Below, piece by piece: positions 19,305 through 27,974 of a stretch of 64,000 nt of DNA. The stretch's first letter is position 1, and the number at the start of each line of letters is the position of its first letter. Source of the stretch: Planctomycetota bacterium (lineage in GTDB: Bacteria > Planctomycetota > B15-G4); the NCBI GenBank assembly GCA_965248575.1, contig CBDFJQ010000002.1, positions 3,776,001 to 3,840,000 on the forward strand, written 5' to 3'. A program made the translations under genes and the position numbers. The notes beneath the pieces were generated by a model. That model saw only the letters and a list, made by a program, of their open reading frames with translations, was not told the origin of the DNA and did no database searches.

Positions 19305-21002
19305 ATGATCCGACTTCGACAGGCTTCACGCGGCGCGGTGGACCCCGCGCGTGTTCTCGTTCTGGTGTGCCTGTGCTTGTCCCTGGTGTTGGGTGTCGGG
19401 CGGCTGAACGCGCAAGACGATCATGGCCACGGCCACGATCAGGACGGCGCCGGCCACGATGGCGATCACGATGGCGATCACGATGGCGACCGCGACGCGC
19501 CCCATGAACACGACGGCGACGCGCCCCACGAGCACGACGACGATGGCAAGCCAGAACCGCCGCCCGTCGACTTCGCGGCTTTCATGTCCCTCTCCGAGTT
19601 GGACGAGGGCGGCCCGCGCGGCCTGCGCCTGAACAAGCCGGGGGCCATGCCGGGCTACACGCTCTTCGGCCCGCTCAACAGCAAGATCATCTACCTGGTC
19701 GACATGGCAGGCGAGGTGGTGCACAGCTGGGAGACGGATTCGGCGCCGGGTGCGTGGAGTTACCTGCTCGACGACGGCACGCTGCTGCGCGCCGGGCGCG
19801 AGGATGCGGACCCGCACTTCGCAGGCGGCGGCATCGGCGGGCGTGTGCAACGCCTGGCGCCCGACGGCAGCGTCCTTTGGCACTGGCAGTGGAGCGGTGA
19901 CCAGCACCAGCAGCACCACGACATCGAGCCCATGCCCAACGGCAACCTGCTGGTCATCAGCTGGGAGCAGAAGAGCGCGCGCGACGCCGTGGACATGGGC
20001 CGCGACCCGCGCGAGGTGGATCGCGAGCGGGGCTTCTGGCCCGACATGGTGCTCGAGGTGAAGCCCGTAGGCACCAACGGCGTGGAGGTGGTCTGGCAGT
20101 GGCACGCTTGGGATCACCTGGTGCAGGACTTTCAGGAGCAGCTGCCCAATTACGGTTGGGTCGCCGAGCACCCGGGGCGGCTCGACATCAACGGCGACCA
20201 CCGGCGGGACGCGCCGCTCACGGAGGCCGAGCTGAAGGAGCAGGCCGAGTTGTTGGCCGGCATGCGCGCCCTGGGTTATGTGGGCGGCAGCGATGAGGAC
20301 GACGAGGAAGAGGGCGGCAAGAAGGCTGGCGACTGGTTGCACACGAACGCCATCGACTACGACCCGGTCAGCGACCTGATCGTGTTGAGCACGCCGCACT
20401 TCAGCGAGCTGTGGATCATTGACCACAGCACCACCACCGCCGAGGCAGCCACCAGCAACGGCGGCCGACGCAAAAAGGGTGGTGACATCCTCTGGCGCTG
20501 GGGCAACCCCCGCCGCTACGGCGCCGGCAAGGACGAGGACCAGGCGCTCTTCTACCAGCACGACCCGACCTTTGTTTATGGGCCGGGCGGCCTGCTGAGT
20601 GTGTTGGTGTTCAACAACGGCCGCGGCCGCGCCGATGGCAACTACAGTTCAGCCGACGAGCTGGTGTTGCCCTTGGACGCGGGCGGCGGTTTCGCACGCC
20701 AGCCCGGTCAGCCCTACGGCCCCGCAGCCCCGGCCTGGAGCTACTCCGCGGGTGACGACTTCTATTCTGCGTTCATCTCCGGTGCCCAGCGCCTGCCCAA
20801 CGGCAACACGCTGCTCTGCTCCGGGGCCCCGGGCCGCATCTTCGAGGTGACCCCCGAGGGCGAGGTGGTGTGGGACTACCGCAATGGGTTCGGCGGGGAT
20901 GTGGAGCCGCCGGAGCACGCAGGCAAGGCGCCGCCCTTGGCATTGTTCCGGGCTGCACGGATTCCGCTGGATGCACCCGGGGTGAAGGCGCTAGGTCTAT
21001 AG
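19305..21002 (+). CDS. Arylsulfotransferase (ASST) family protein with a His/Asp-rich N-terminal extension
   Basis: GYTLF, QHHD...PNGN, DWLHTNAIDY, FYQHD, SGAQRLPNGNTL. Confidence 0.85.
   Translation: MIRLRQASRGAVDPARVLVLVCLCLSLVLGVGRLNAQDDHGHGHDQDGAGHDGDHDGDHDGDRDAPHEHDGDAPHEHDDDGKPEPPPVDFAAFMSLSELDEGGPRGLRLNKPGAMPGYTLFGPLNSKIIYLVDMAGEVVHSWETDSAPGAWSYLLDDGTLLRAGREDADPHFAGGGIGGRVQRLAPDGSVLWHWQWSGDQHQQHHDIEPMPNGNLLVISWEQKSARDAVDMGRDPREVDRERGFWPDMVLEVKPVGTNGVEVVWQWHAWDHLVQDFQEQLPNYGWVAEHPGRLDINGDHRRDAPLTEAELKEQAELLAGMRALGYVGGSDEDDEEEGGKKAGDWLHTNAIDYDPVSDLIVLSTPHFSELWIIDHSTTTAEAATSNGGRRKKGGDILWRWGNPRRYGAGKDEDQALFYQHDPTFVYGPGGLLSVLVFNNGRGRADGNYSSADELVLPLDAGGGFARQPGQPYGPAAPAWSYSAGDDFYSAFISGAQRLPNGNTLLCSGAPGRIFEVTPEGEVVWDYRNGFGGDVEPPEHAGKAPPLALFRAARIPLDAPGVKALGL
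19455..19545 (+). repeat. Tandem repeats encoding HDGD x3 and DAPHEHD x2
   Basis: cacgatggcgat x2 + cacgatggcgac, followed by a duplicated gacgcgcccca(t/c)ga(a/g)cacgac. Confidence 0.8.
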
Positions 21003-21033
21003 GAGGCTATTCAAGGCCGAAGGAGCCCAGACC

Positions 21034-21510
21034 ATGAGCCAGTCCACCGCATCCATCCTCTGGCAGCGGGACGAGGGCGCTGCCTTCATCGACAACCGCT
21101 ACAGCCGCGCCCACCGTTGGAGCTTCGAAGGTGGGACAGAGGTGCTGGCCTCCTCGGCCACCACCGTGGTGCCCGTGCCGTACTCCGTGGCCGAGGCCGT
21201 GGACCCGGAGGAGGCCTTCGTGGCCTCGCTCTCCAGCTGCCACATGCTGTGGTTCCTCTCCCTGGCCGCAAAGCAGGGCTTCGTGGTGGAGAGCTACAGC
21301 GACGAAGCGAGCGGCGTGTTGGGAAAGGAGGCGAGCGGTCGCATGGCCATGACGGTCGTGAACCTGCACCCGCGAGTGGTGTTCGGGGGTGAGCGGCGGC
21401 CGAGCGATGTTGAGTTCACCGCGCTGCATGAGTCGGCGCACGAGCAGTGTTTCATCGCCAACTCGGTGAAGACCGATGTGCGTTGTGCGGCGCTGGATGT
21501 GACGGTTTAG
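21034..21510 (+). CDS. OsmC/Ohr family protein
   Basis: YSRAH.W.F, DPEE..VA..SSCHMLWFL, AHE.CFIANS. Confidence 0.92.
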   Translation: MSQSTASILWQRDEGAAFIDNRYSRAHRWSFEGGTEVLASSATTVVPVPYSVAEAVDPEEAFVASLSSCHMLWFLSLAAKQGFVVESYSDEASGVLGKEASGRMAMTVVNLHPRVVFGGERRPSDVEFTALHESAHEQCFIANSVKTDVRCAALDVTV

Positions 21511-21619
21511 GGCGGCTGGCGGTATGCGGACCTGCCTTTCACTGCTGTGGATAGATAGCGTGGCCGGGCGCCTGAGGGTGCGATTCGGGGAAGAGCTGCA
21601 GATATCAGCAGCGGAGGCT

Positions 21620-21832
21620 GGCGGGATAACGCGCGCTGCGCGATGATTAGGCGGACCGGCCTATCGGAGTGAGGCTTCGAAGGCCGATCTGGCGCTTGCG
21701 TCAGAGCAAGGGAACGGAAGAGGAGGGTGTGGCCGTGGACAGGGAGACGAGACACGAGCAGTTGGATGTAGGCCGACTGCAGGCCTCGTTCCGTTTCTGT
21801 GTGATGGCTTCGCTGTCCAATTGTAGTTAGGC
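21620..21832 (+). mobile_element. Putative integron attI/leader region with no adjacent intI gene
   Basis: Non-coding stretch ending in a GTTAGGC core (21826-21832) with no matching upstream RYYYAAC hairpin, directly before the first cassette ORF. Confidence 0.45.
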
Positions 21833-21857
21833 CGACAAGGGTGTGGAGAGAATTAAC

Positions 21858-22049
21858 ATGACAGACAGGCAAAGTACCCAGCGGTACAAGAGCGCAATTA
21901 GCTTGGCTGTCTGCGTGGCTCTCGGTGCCGGAATAGGCGCGGCGCTGGACGCCGTCGCCATCGGCGTAGCGATAGGGGCGGGCATTGGCGCGGCGCGAGG
22001 CGTTGCGGACTCGCCTTCCGAAGTGGAAGCCGAGGGCCCAGGCGAGTGA
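21858..22049 (+). CDS. Gene cassette 1: small Gly/Ala-rich two-TM protein
   Basis: GGAGAG RBS; ALGAGIGAALD..AIGVAIGAGIGAA; lies between GTTAGGC and attC1. Confidence 0.7.
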   Translation: MTDRQSTQRYKSAISLAVCVALGAGIGAALDAVAIGVAIGAGIGAARGVADSPSEVEAEGPGE

Positions 22050-22092
22050 GGGATTGGAATATTAATCGTCCAGATCGTGCTGGCATGATGCG

Positions 22093-22155
22093 GTCTAACA
22101 CGCCGTTGCAACGGACCGGGCTTCGCCCGGCCGCTGAACGGCAGGTCCGTTAGAC
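22093..22155 (+). mobile_element. Integron attC site 1 (63 bp)
   Basis: GTCTAAC...GTTAGAC ends; arms GCCGTT(G)CAACGG(A)CCGGG / CCCGGCCGCTGAACGGC with two extrahelical bases and a CTTCG loop. Confidence 0.9.
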
Positions 22156-22166
22156 GCACGAGTCCG

Positions 22167-22391
22167 ATGAAAGAGAAGGAAGTCCGAGGTCTGCTGTCGA
22201 AACTGTGCATCGAGCTTGGCTTCTGCCTGCCTCTAACAGATATCGAAAGACTTGCAGAAAACCCGCCGACAGACGCCTTGTCCTTCACGGACGCTGTCAT
22301 CTTGGCAGAGGGGTTGGTGCCGGATGAAGTGCCGCGTCGCCTATACCGCCAAGTTCGAGACATGATTGCGGGGGCACTCGATGCTCAGTAG
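22167..22391 (+). CDS. Gene cassette 2: 74-aa hypothetical protein
   Basis: ORF fills the space between attC1 and attC2; LC.ELGFCLP...FTDAV..AEGL. Confidence 0.8.
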   Translation: MKEKEVRGLLSKLCIELGFCLPLTDIERLAENPPTDALSFTDAVILAEGLVPDEVPRRLYRQVRDMIAGALDAQ

Positions 22392-22399
22392 CAGCCGGC

Positions 22400-22466
22400 G
22401 TCTAACCAGCGCTTGCAACGGACGGGGCGCTTCGCACCCGGCCGCTGAACGGCAGGTCCGTTAGGC
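22400..22466 (+). mobile_element. Integron attC site 2 (67 bp)
   Basis: GTCTAAC...TTGCAACGGACGGGGCGCTTCGCACCCGGCCGCTGAACGGCAGGTCC GTTAGGC; right half nearly identical to attC1. Confidence 0.9.
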
Positions 22467-22591
22467 ATACTGGGAGCGGTGTGCACGGCGGGCCGAGCAA
22501 ACCCCCGAGAGTCGCCAACGGGCCATCAGTCGCTCCACGAGTGAATGAAGCGAAAGAGGAGGGATAGCGTGTGAGGATTCCGGACCGAAGA

Positions 22592-23875
22592 ATGAGGCGC
22601 GGGGGTTTCGCGGTCGTCCTGGCGATCGCCGGCCTCGCCGCGACGGTTGGTGCGCAGTCTCAGACGATCCTGGCTGGGCACGTGCTCGACGTCGAGGCGG
22701 GAGCAATTCGGCCGGCCTCGCTGATCCGTGTGGATGACGGGCTCATCACCGACATCGTCCCGGCCGAGGGTCAGGACCTGCCCGACGATGTCATCGACCT
22801 CAGCGCTTGGACGCTCCTCCCCGGCTTGATCGATGCCCACACCCACCTCTGTGACGACACGCACACGGGCGAGGCCTGGGATCCTTGGGCGCTCTCGGCG
22901 CCAGCGTTCGGCATCGTTGGCGTGGTTAACGCCCGCAAGCTGCTCGACGCCGGATTCACGACCGTTCGCAACATGTCCGAGCCCTTCTACGCGGGTGTCG
23001 CCGTGCGAGACGCAATCAGCCAGGGGGACGTCCCCGGGCCGCGCGTCCTCGCCAGTGGGCCGATGATCACGATGACCGGCGGCCACGGGGACTGGGGCAG
23101 CTGGATGGGCCCCCCGCACGACGGCTCGACCCCGGCCGAGGCCGTGGCCGACGGGCCCGACGAAGTGAGAAAAGAGACGCGCGAACAGCTGCGCCACGGG
23201 GTCGACTGGATCAAGGTCGCGGCGACGGGTGGATTCTCAAGCGAGGGTACGCAGCCAGGAGCTGCGTCTTTCACCGTGGAAGAGATGCGAGCAGCCGTCG
23301 AGGAGGCGGCCAAGCGAGGCCGGTTCGTCGCCGCCCATGCTCACGGCTCGTCGGGTATCGCCAACGCGATCGCCGCGGGCGCACGCTCGATCGAACACGG
23401 TAGCCTGCTGGACGACGAGTCGATCCGGCTCATGAAGCAGCACGATGTGTTCCTTGTCGCGGACTTGTTCGGCGCCTGGTACGACCTCGTCGAGGGTGAC
23501 AAGGACTGGAGCGAGAAGGGCATCTCCAACAGCACAGCCGAGTATGAGGCCTATGCCGAGCGCGTCGCGCGCGCCCACAGCGCTGGCGTCCGTCTCGCCT
23601 TCGGTACCGACGCGGGGGCTACGCCACACGGGCGCGGCGCCGAGCAATTCGCCCTGATGGTCGAAGCCGGCATCGCCCCGGAGGACGCGCTCCGTTCAGC
23701 GACGAACGTGGCCGCCGCATTGCTCGGTGTAGGGGAACAGGTGGGCAGCGTCAGCGTCGGCAAGTGGGCTGATCTCATCGCGGTCAGAGGCAACCCACTC
23801 GACGACGTCACGGTGCTTTCTGACGTGCAGTTTGTCATGAAGGGTGGTGTGATCCATCGCTGGGAGCGCGACTAG
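22592..23875 (+). CDS. Gene cassette 3: secreted metal-dependent amidohydrolase (Xaa-Pro dipeptidase-like)
   Basis: Signal peptide; PGLIDAHTH, GFTTVR, IKV, AHAHG, IEHG, FGTDAG, ADLIAV.GNPL. Confidence 0.9.
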   Translation: MRRGGFAVVLAIAGLAATVGAQSQTILAGHVLDVEAGAIRPASLIRVDDGLITDIVPAEGQDLPDDVIDLSAWTLLPGLIDAHTHLCDDTHTGEAWDPWALSAPAFGIVGVVNARKLLDAGFTTVRNMSEPFYAGVAVRDAISQGDVPGPRVLASGPMITMTGGHGDWGSWMGPPHDGSTPAEAVADGPDEVRKETREQLRHGVDWIKVAATGGFSSEGTQPGAASFTVEEMRAAVEEAAKRGRFVAAHAHGSSGIANAIAAGARSIEHGSLLDDESIRLMKQHDVFLVADLFGAWYDLVEGDKDWSEKGISNSTAEYEAYAERVARAHSAGVRLAFGTDAGATPHGRGAEQFALMVEAGIAPEDALRSATNVAAALLGVGEQVGSVSVGKWADLIAVRGNPLDDVTVLSDVQFVMKGGVIHRWERD

Positions 23876-23951
23876 TGGGGCAAGCGGGCGACGCCTGGCA
23901 GGAGGTGCGGTCGAGCGGCGAACCAGGCCGAGATCGAGTTGGACGGCAGAT

Positions 23952-24014
23952 GCCTAACAGGCTGCTGCAGCAGACGGCGCTTCGCGTCGCAGCTGAGCAG
24001 CGTGGTCGCTTGCT
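23952..24014 (+). mobile_element. attC site 3 with a degenerate right core
   Basis: GCCTAAC (exact complement of the GTTAGGC at the cassette 3 start), GCTGCT(G)CAGC..GCTTCGC..GCTGAGCAGC hairpin; right end GCTTGCT instead of GTTRRRY. Confidence 0.75.
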
Positions 24015-24026
24015 GGACGCAAGACA

Positions 24027-24362
24027 ATGATCCCTGTCATCCTCTTCAGCGTGCTTGCTTCCGTCTGCTTCTTGCAGTGCTGGTTGCTTGGAGTTGCCAG
24101 GGTGGAGCCAGGTCATCTCCGAGGTTTTTCGGTCTCTGGCTCCGCATTCCAGGGGGTTGGCTGGGCCTTCTTTCTGGTCATCACGACAATCGACATGCAG
24201 CCGCCTCTGGGAACCATCCTGGCTAGCGTGGGATTGCTACTCGTTGTGCTCGGTCTCGTCCGAGAGCGCAAGGCGGCGCGACAGCTAACCAGCCGCAGAA
24301 ACGGACGGTCCGCTGCGCGGCCCGTCGCTGAGCCGCCCGTTCTCCGGGACGAGGGCGCCTGA
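24027..24362 (+). CDS. Gene cassette 4: three-TM hypothetical protein that reads through its attC
   Basis: Hydrophobic ORF starting 12 nt after attC3. Confidence 0.6.
   Translation: MIPVILFSVLASVCFLQCWLLGVARVEPGHLRGFSVSGSAFQGVGWAFFLVITTIDMQPPLGTILASVGLLLVVLGLVRERKAARQLTSRRNGRSAARPVAEPPVLRDEGA
24283..24345 (+). mobile_element. Degenerate attC site 4
   Basis: AGCTAAC CAGCCGCAGAAACGGACGG...CCCGTCGCTGAGCCGCCC GTTCTCC; same layout as attC1/2 with decayed ends. Confidence 0.55.
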
Positions 24363-24460
24363 GACCCCCCCCCCGGGCAGTAGCAGGGGGAACGAGTTCG
24401 GGGCCTCAACGCTGCAAACCGATCTTAGTTGCAGCGAGACTCGGTACGGGTCGCGTCTTC

Positions 24461-27244
24461 TCAGGGTTCGCGGCCATCCCTCGGGACTCTGCGCGCAGCC
24501 TCGGAGGCTTCGCTCAGCAAGGCGTCGAAGCGTGAGTCCTCTCGCGCCGACTCCCACTCGGGCGTCATCCGCAAGTAATCCAGCCGCGAGAAGCCGAGCT
24601 TGAGCCCGCACTCAAGCAAATCGAGAGCTTCGGAGCGGAGCTGCTCGGCCTCCAGAGGGTCGGACGCGAGGTCGGCGCAGCCGGCGAGGAGTTCTCCGGC
24701 GCCAACGGCGATCAGCTCGTCCGCGAGCTCCTCGACGGGGATGGCTGCCGCGAGCTCACGCGCGCGTGCTGCGTCGCCGCGTGCGATCTGACCGTAGCCT
24801 TCCTGGATGCGCGCCCACGCGAGGTCGTGGCGCAAGAACGGTTCGGTCGGAGCGTGGAGCAAGGCGCGCTCGACCCGCCGAGCTCCACGCGCGGCGGGCT
24901 CGCAAGCCTCGGCGCGCTGTTCAAGATGAACCAGGTTCGTCGCAAGGTTGATGTCAGCGCGGCCAGCCATCATGAGCAACGTGAGATCTTCTTCCTGCTC
25001 GAGCCAGGGCTTCGTGACGTCGCACGCCACCTCGAACCAGGTGCGCGCCGCTTCAACACGACCCTGCGATACAAGCAAGTGGCCCATGTTCCCTGCGAGC
25101 ACGACGTGCGTTCGGGCGTAGGCGGCGCGCGTGGGATAGTCCAGGCGGAGTCTGGCGATGAGCGCCAAGCCCTCGGTGAGCGCGCTCTCGGTTTCGTCGG
25201 CACTCATGTAGTAGATCGCGTTGGTGCAGGCCCCCGCTGCGGAGTGCAGCACGTCGCTGCGCCGTGGCTGTGCGATCGCTGCGTCGCGCAGCATCGGTAG
25301 GGCGCGGAGGAATGTGTTGCGCGTGGCTTCGTCCGTTCGACCGAACAGCGCGTGTCCCGGAGCGGCCTTCGCTGGAACGGCGCGCTGGCTCAGCGCTGTG
25401 GCGAGCGTGTATCGGGCCTCGAAGAGCTCCGGTTCGGTGGAGGCCTGGGCCAGCGCGAGCTCTGCCGCCGCAACCGCCGCGTCAGCTGCGGCGATCGCTC
25501 CAGGCAGGTTGCCTAGCCGCCGCTCCAGCCGGCTCTGGTTGCGCAAGACAATGCTTGCCGTGAGCCGCGGTTCGAGGAGCGGCTCGGGTTCGATGAGTCC
25601 AGCGGACTTCACGAAGGCCGCGTGGGCCTCCACCAGACGCCCTCGCTTTTCGAGCAGGTTGCCCAGCCCGTTGAGCGGCGGCGAAAGCTCGTGTTGGTGC
25701 AGCTCCGCTGAATCGCTGAACTCGAGGGCGGCGCGGAATTGATGCTCGGCCTCTTCAAGCCGTCCCATGCTCATGAACACGTTGCCGAGCGCTGTGTGCA
25801 AGCGCACCGCGCGTTCTTGGAGCGCGCCATCGCCGGGTCGTTGCGCAGTGAGGCTCTGGATCGAGGTGACCGCCTCTTCGAGCATGGTGAGGCGGTCGCC
25901 ATCCAGGTGCGGGACGTTCTCGAGCACACCGGTACCGAGCCCCCAGACGAACACGTCGAGCGCCTTGAGCGCGCGATCGAGGTTCGCTTCGGCGCGGTTG
26001 CTTTGCACCACTTCCCGCTGGCGCGCCGCGAACTGTTGAATCGAAAAGGCAATCGGGGCAACGACAACGAGCGCGAGCAGCGCGGCGCGCGCTGGGTAAC
26101 GCTGCGCCCAGCGGCCGACGCGCACCGGCGCGCTCACCGGGCGCGCCTCGATCGGCTGTCCGGCAAGCACGCGGCTCAGCTCGCTCGCCATGTCCGAGAT
26201 CGTGGCGTAGCGTTGTTCGGGGGCGTGAGCCAGCGCAGTCTCGACAAGTGTTTCGACGTCGCGCGCGAGTTCCCGACGTCGACCGCGGATCGACGCGCGC
26301 TCTCCGCGAAGGATCGATGCGCTCAACACCTCTGGGCCACCCACATACGGGGGCTGCAGCGTCAGCGCTTCGCACAACAGCGCGCCCAGGCCGTACACAT
26401 CGCTGCGAGCGTCGACTTCCTCACCGCGCACTTGTTCGGGGGACATGTACGGGAGCGAGCCCACCCGTGATCCGCTCGTCGTGAGGCTCGCGGCGTCTTT
26501 GGAGCTCGCGAGACCGAAGTCGAAGAGCAGCGCGCGCCCATCGATCGTGAGCATGACATTGGAAGGCTTCAGGTCGCGGTGAAGCACGCCGCGCTCGTGG
26601 GCGTGCGCGAGGGCATCTGCGATGCGCTCGGCGATGCGCACGCACGTCATGACGCCGCTGCCCGCGTAGAGTTCTCCACCGACGTCGGCGCGCAAACCGT
26701 CGCGCTCCTCGATGACTTCGGCGACGGCGCGCGCGAGATCCACGCCCTGGTGGGGTGGCGCGTCGCAGCGCGCGAGCGCCTCGGCGAGCGTCGCGCCTTG
26801 CAGACGCTCCATGGCGAAGTACGGAACGCCGCTCTCCTCGCCAACCGTATAGACGGGCACGATCCCGGGGTGCGCGAGGCGTGCCACGAGCTGCACCTCG
26901 CGCCGGAAGCGTCCACGTGAGTCGGGGAAGAAGAGTTGATCCGAGCGGACGATCTTGAGCGCGACCTCACGGTCGAGCGACTCCTGTACCGCCGCGTAGA
27001 CCACGCCCATTCCGCCGCCGCCGAGCCGCGGCCCCAGCCGGAAGTCTCCGAGGCGTTCCGGAGGCGAGTCCGGTTCACCAAGCAACCCCGCGTCGACCAG
27101 CGTCTTCATTCGCGAGCGCAGCGCCGTGGCTTGCTCGGGGTGTTCGCGGCAGAGCGCGTCGAGTGCTGCCGAACCCTCGCGTTCAATGCGATCGAGGCAA
27201 CGGTGCACGAGTTGGTCGAGGACATCGTGCATTGGATCTGCCAA
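24461..27244 (-). CDS. Hanks-type Ser/Thr protein kinase with TM and TPR-like C-terminal region
   Basis: LGGGGMGVVY, VALK, HRDLKPSN, DFGLA, GSLPYMSPEQ, DVYGLG. Confidence 0.95.
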   Translation of the reverse strand: MADPMHDVLDQLVHRCLDRIEREGSAALDALCREHPEQATALRSRMKTLVDAGLLGEPDSPPERLGDFRLGPRLGGGGMGVVYAAVQESLDREVALKIVRSDQLFFPDSRGRFRREVQLVARLAHPGIVPVYTVGEESGVPYFAMERLQGATLAEALARCDAPPHQGVDLARAVAEVIEERDGLRADVGGELYAGSGVMTCVRIAERIADALAHAHERGVLHRDLKPSNVMLTIDGRALLFDFGLASSKDAASLTTSGSRVGSLPYMSPEQVRGEEVDARSDVYGLGALLCEALTLQPPYVGGPEVLSASILRGERASIRGRRRELARDVETLVETALAHAPEQRYATISDMASELSRVLAGQPIEARPVSAPVRVGRWAQRYPARAALLALVVVAPIAFSIQQFAARQREVVQSNRAEANLDRALKALDVFVWGLGTGVLENVPHLDGDRLTMLEEAVTSIQSLTAQRPGDGALQERAVRLHTALGNVFMSMGRLEEAEHQFRAALEFSDSAELHQHELSPPLNGLGNLLEKRGRLVEAHAAFVKSAGLIEPEPLLEPRLTASIVLRNQSRLERRLGNLPGAIAAADAAVAAAELALAQASTEPELFEARYTLATALSQRAVPAKAAPGHALFGRTDEATRNTFLRALPMLRDAAIAQPRRSDVLHSAAGACTNAIYYMSADETESALTEGLALIARLRLDYPTRAAYARTHVVLAGNMGHLLVSQGRVEAARTWFEVACDVTKPWLEQEEDLTLLMMAGRADINLATNLVHLEQRAEACEPAARGARRVERALLHAPTEPFLRHDLAWARIQEGYGQIARGDAARARELAAAIPVEELADELIAVGAGELLAGCADLASDPLEAEQLRSEALDLLECGLKLGFSRLDYLRMTPEWESAREDSRFDALLSEASEAARRVPRDGREP

Positions 27245-27316
27245 TCGTTCGACCTCTTAGCTTGGCGCAGAACGGCCGCCTCGATGGATGAGCGAGGCTG
27301 ATAGACTGTCTATCTT

Positions 27317-27886
27317 TTGGCCAGAGGGTACCAGCGCGTGGAAGAGGCAGGCAGTCAGGACGCAGCGATCGAGCGCTTGCTCGCCGAGCACCTACCTGGC
27401 CTGCGCGCGTACGTCCGCCTCAAGACAGGGCCGCTCGTGCGCGCGCGCGAATCGGAGTCGGACGTCGTCCAGTCCACGTGCCGCAAAGTGCTCGAACACA
27501 AGGATCGCTTTCAGCACGGCGACGCCGGGCACTTTCGCCGCTGGCTCTACAAGACTGCGCTGCGCACGATCCTCGACAAGCACGACTTCCACACCGCAGC
27601 TCGGCGCGACGCTCGACGAGACGTCGGTGTCGCGAACGACGAACTGCTCGCAGCCTACGCCGGCTTTTGTACGCCGAGCCGCGTGGCCAGCGCTCACGAG
27701 CAGCTCGATCGCATCGAGAACGCCTTCGCGGCACTCGAAAGCGACCAGCGCGAGGTCGTGCTGCTCTCGCGAATCATCGGGCTCTCCCGCGCCGAGGTCG
27801 CCGAGGAGATGGGCCGCAGTGAGGCTTCCGTGCGTAATCTGCTGCACCGAACGCTGGTTCACCTGAGCCGCGACCTCGAGATCTGA
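27317..27886 (+). CDS. ECF-type sigma-70 factor
   Basis: S.SDVVQ, FRRWLY..A region 2; L...QREVVLL..I.GLS..EVA.EMGRSE region 4. Confidence 0.9.
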   Translation: MARGYQRVEEAGSQDAAIERLLAEHLPGLRAYVRLKTGPLVRARESESDVVQSTCRKVLEHKDRFQHGDAGHFRRWLYKTALRTILDKHDFHTAARRDARRDVGVANDELLAAYAGFCTPSRVASAHEQLDRIENAFAALESDQREVVLLSRIIGLSRAEVAEEMGRSEASVRNLLHRTLVHLSRDLEI

Positions 27887-27974
27887 TTTTTTCCGGGACG
27901 TTCGCTCGCGGATCCCGATTTAAGGGAGGCGCGACCGGAGATGTCGCGCTGTCGCGTCTTGGAGAGAACCCGCC

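Noticed and set aside
22093..22466. Two near-identical ~65-bp repeats considered as CRISPR or REP elements
   Set aside because: The spacer holds a complete ORF, the ends are RYYYAAC/GTTRRRY and there are no cas genes; an attC interpretation fits better.
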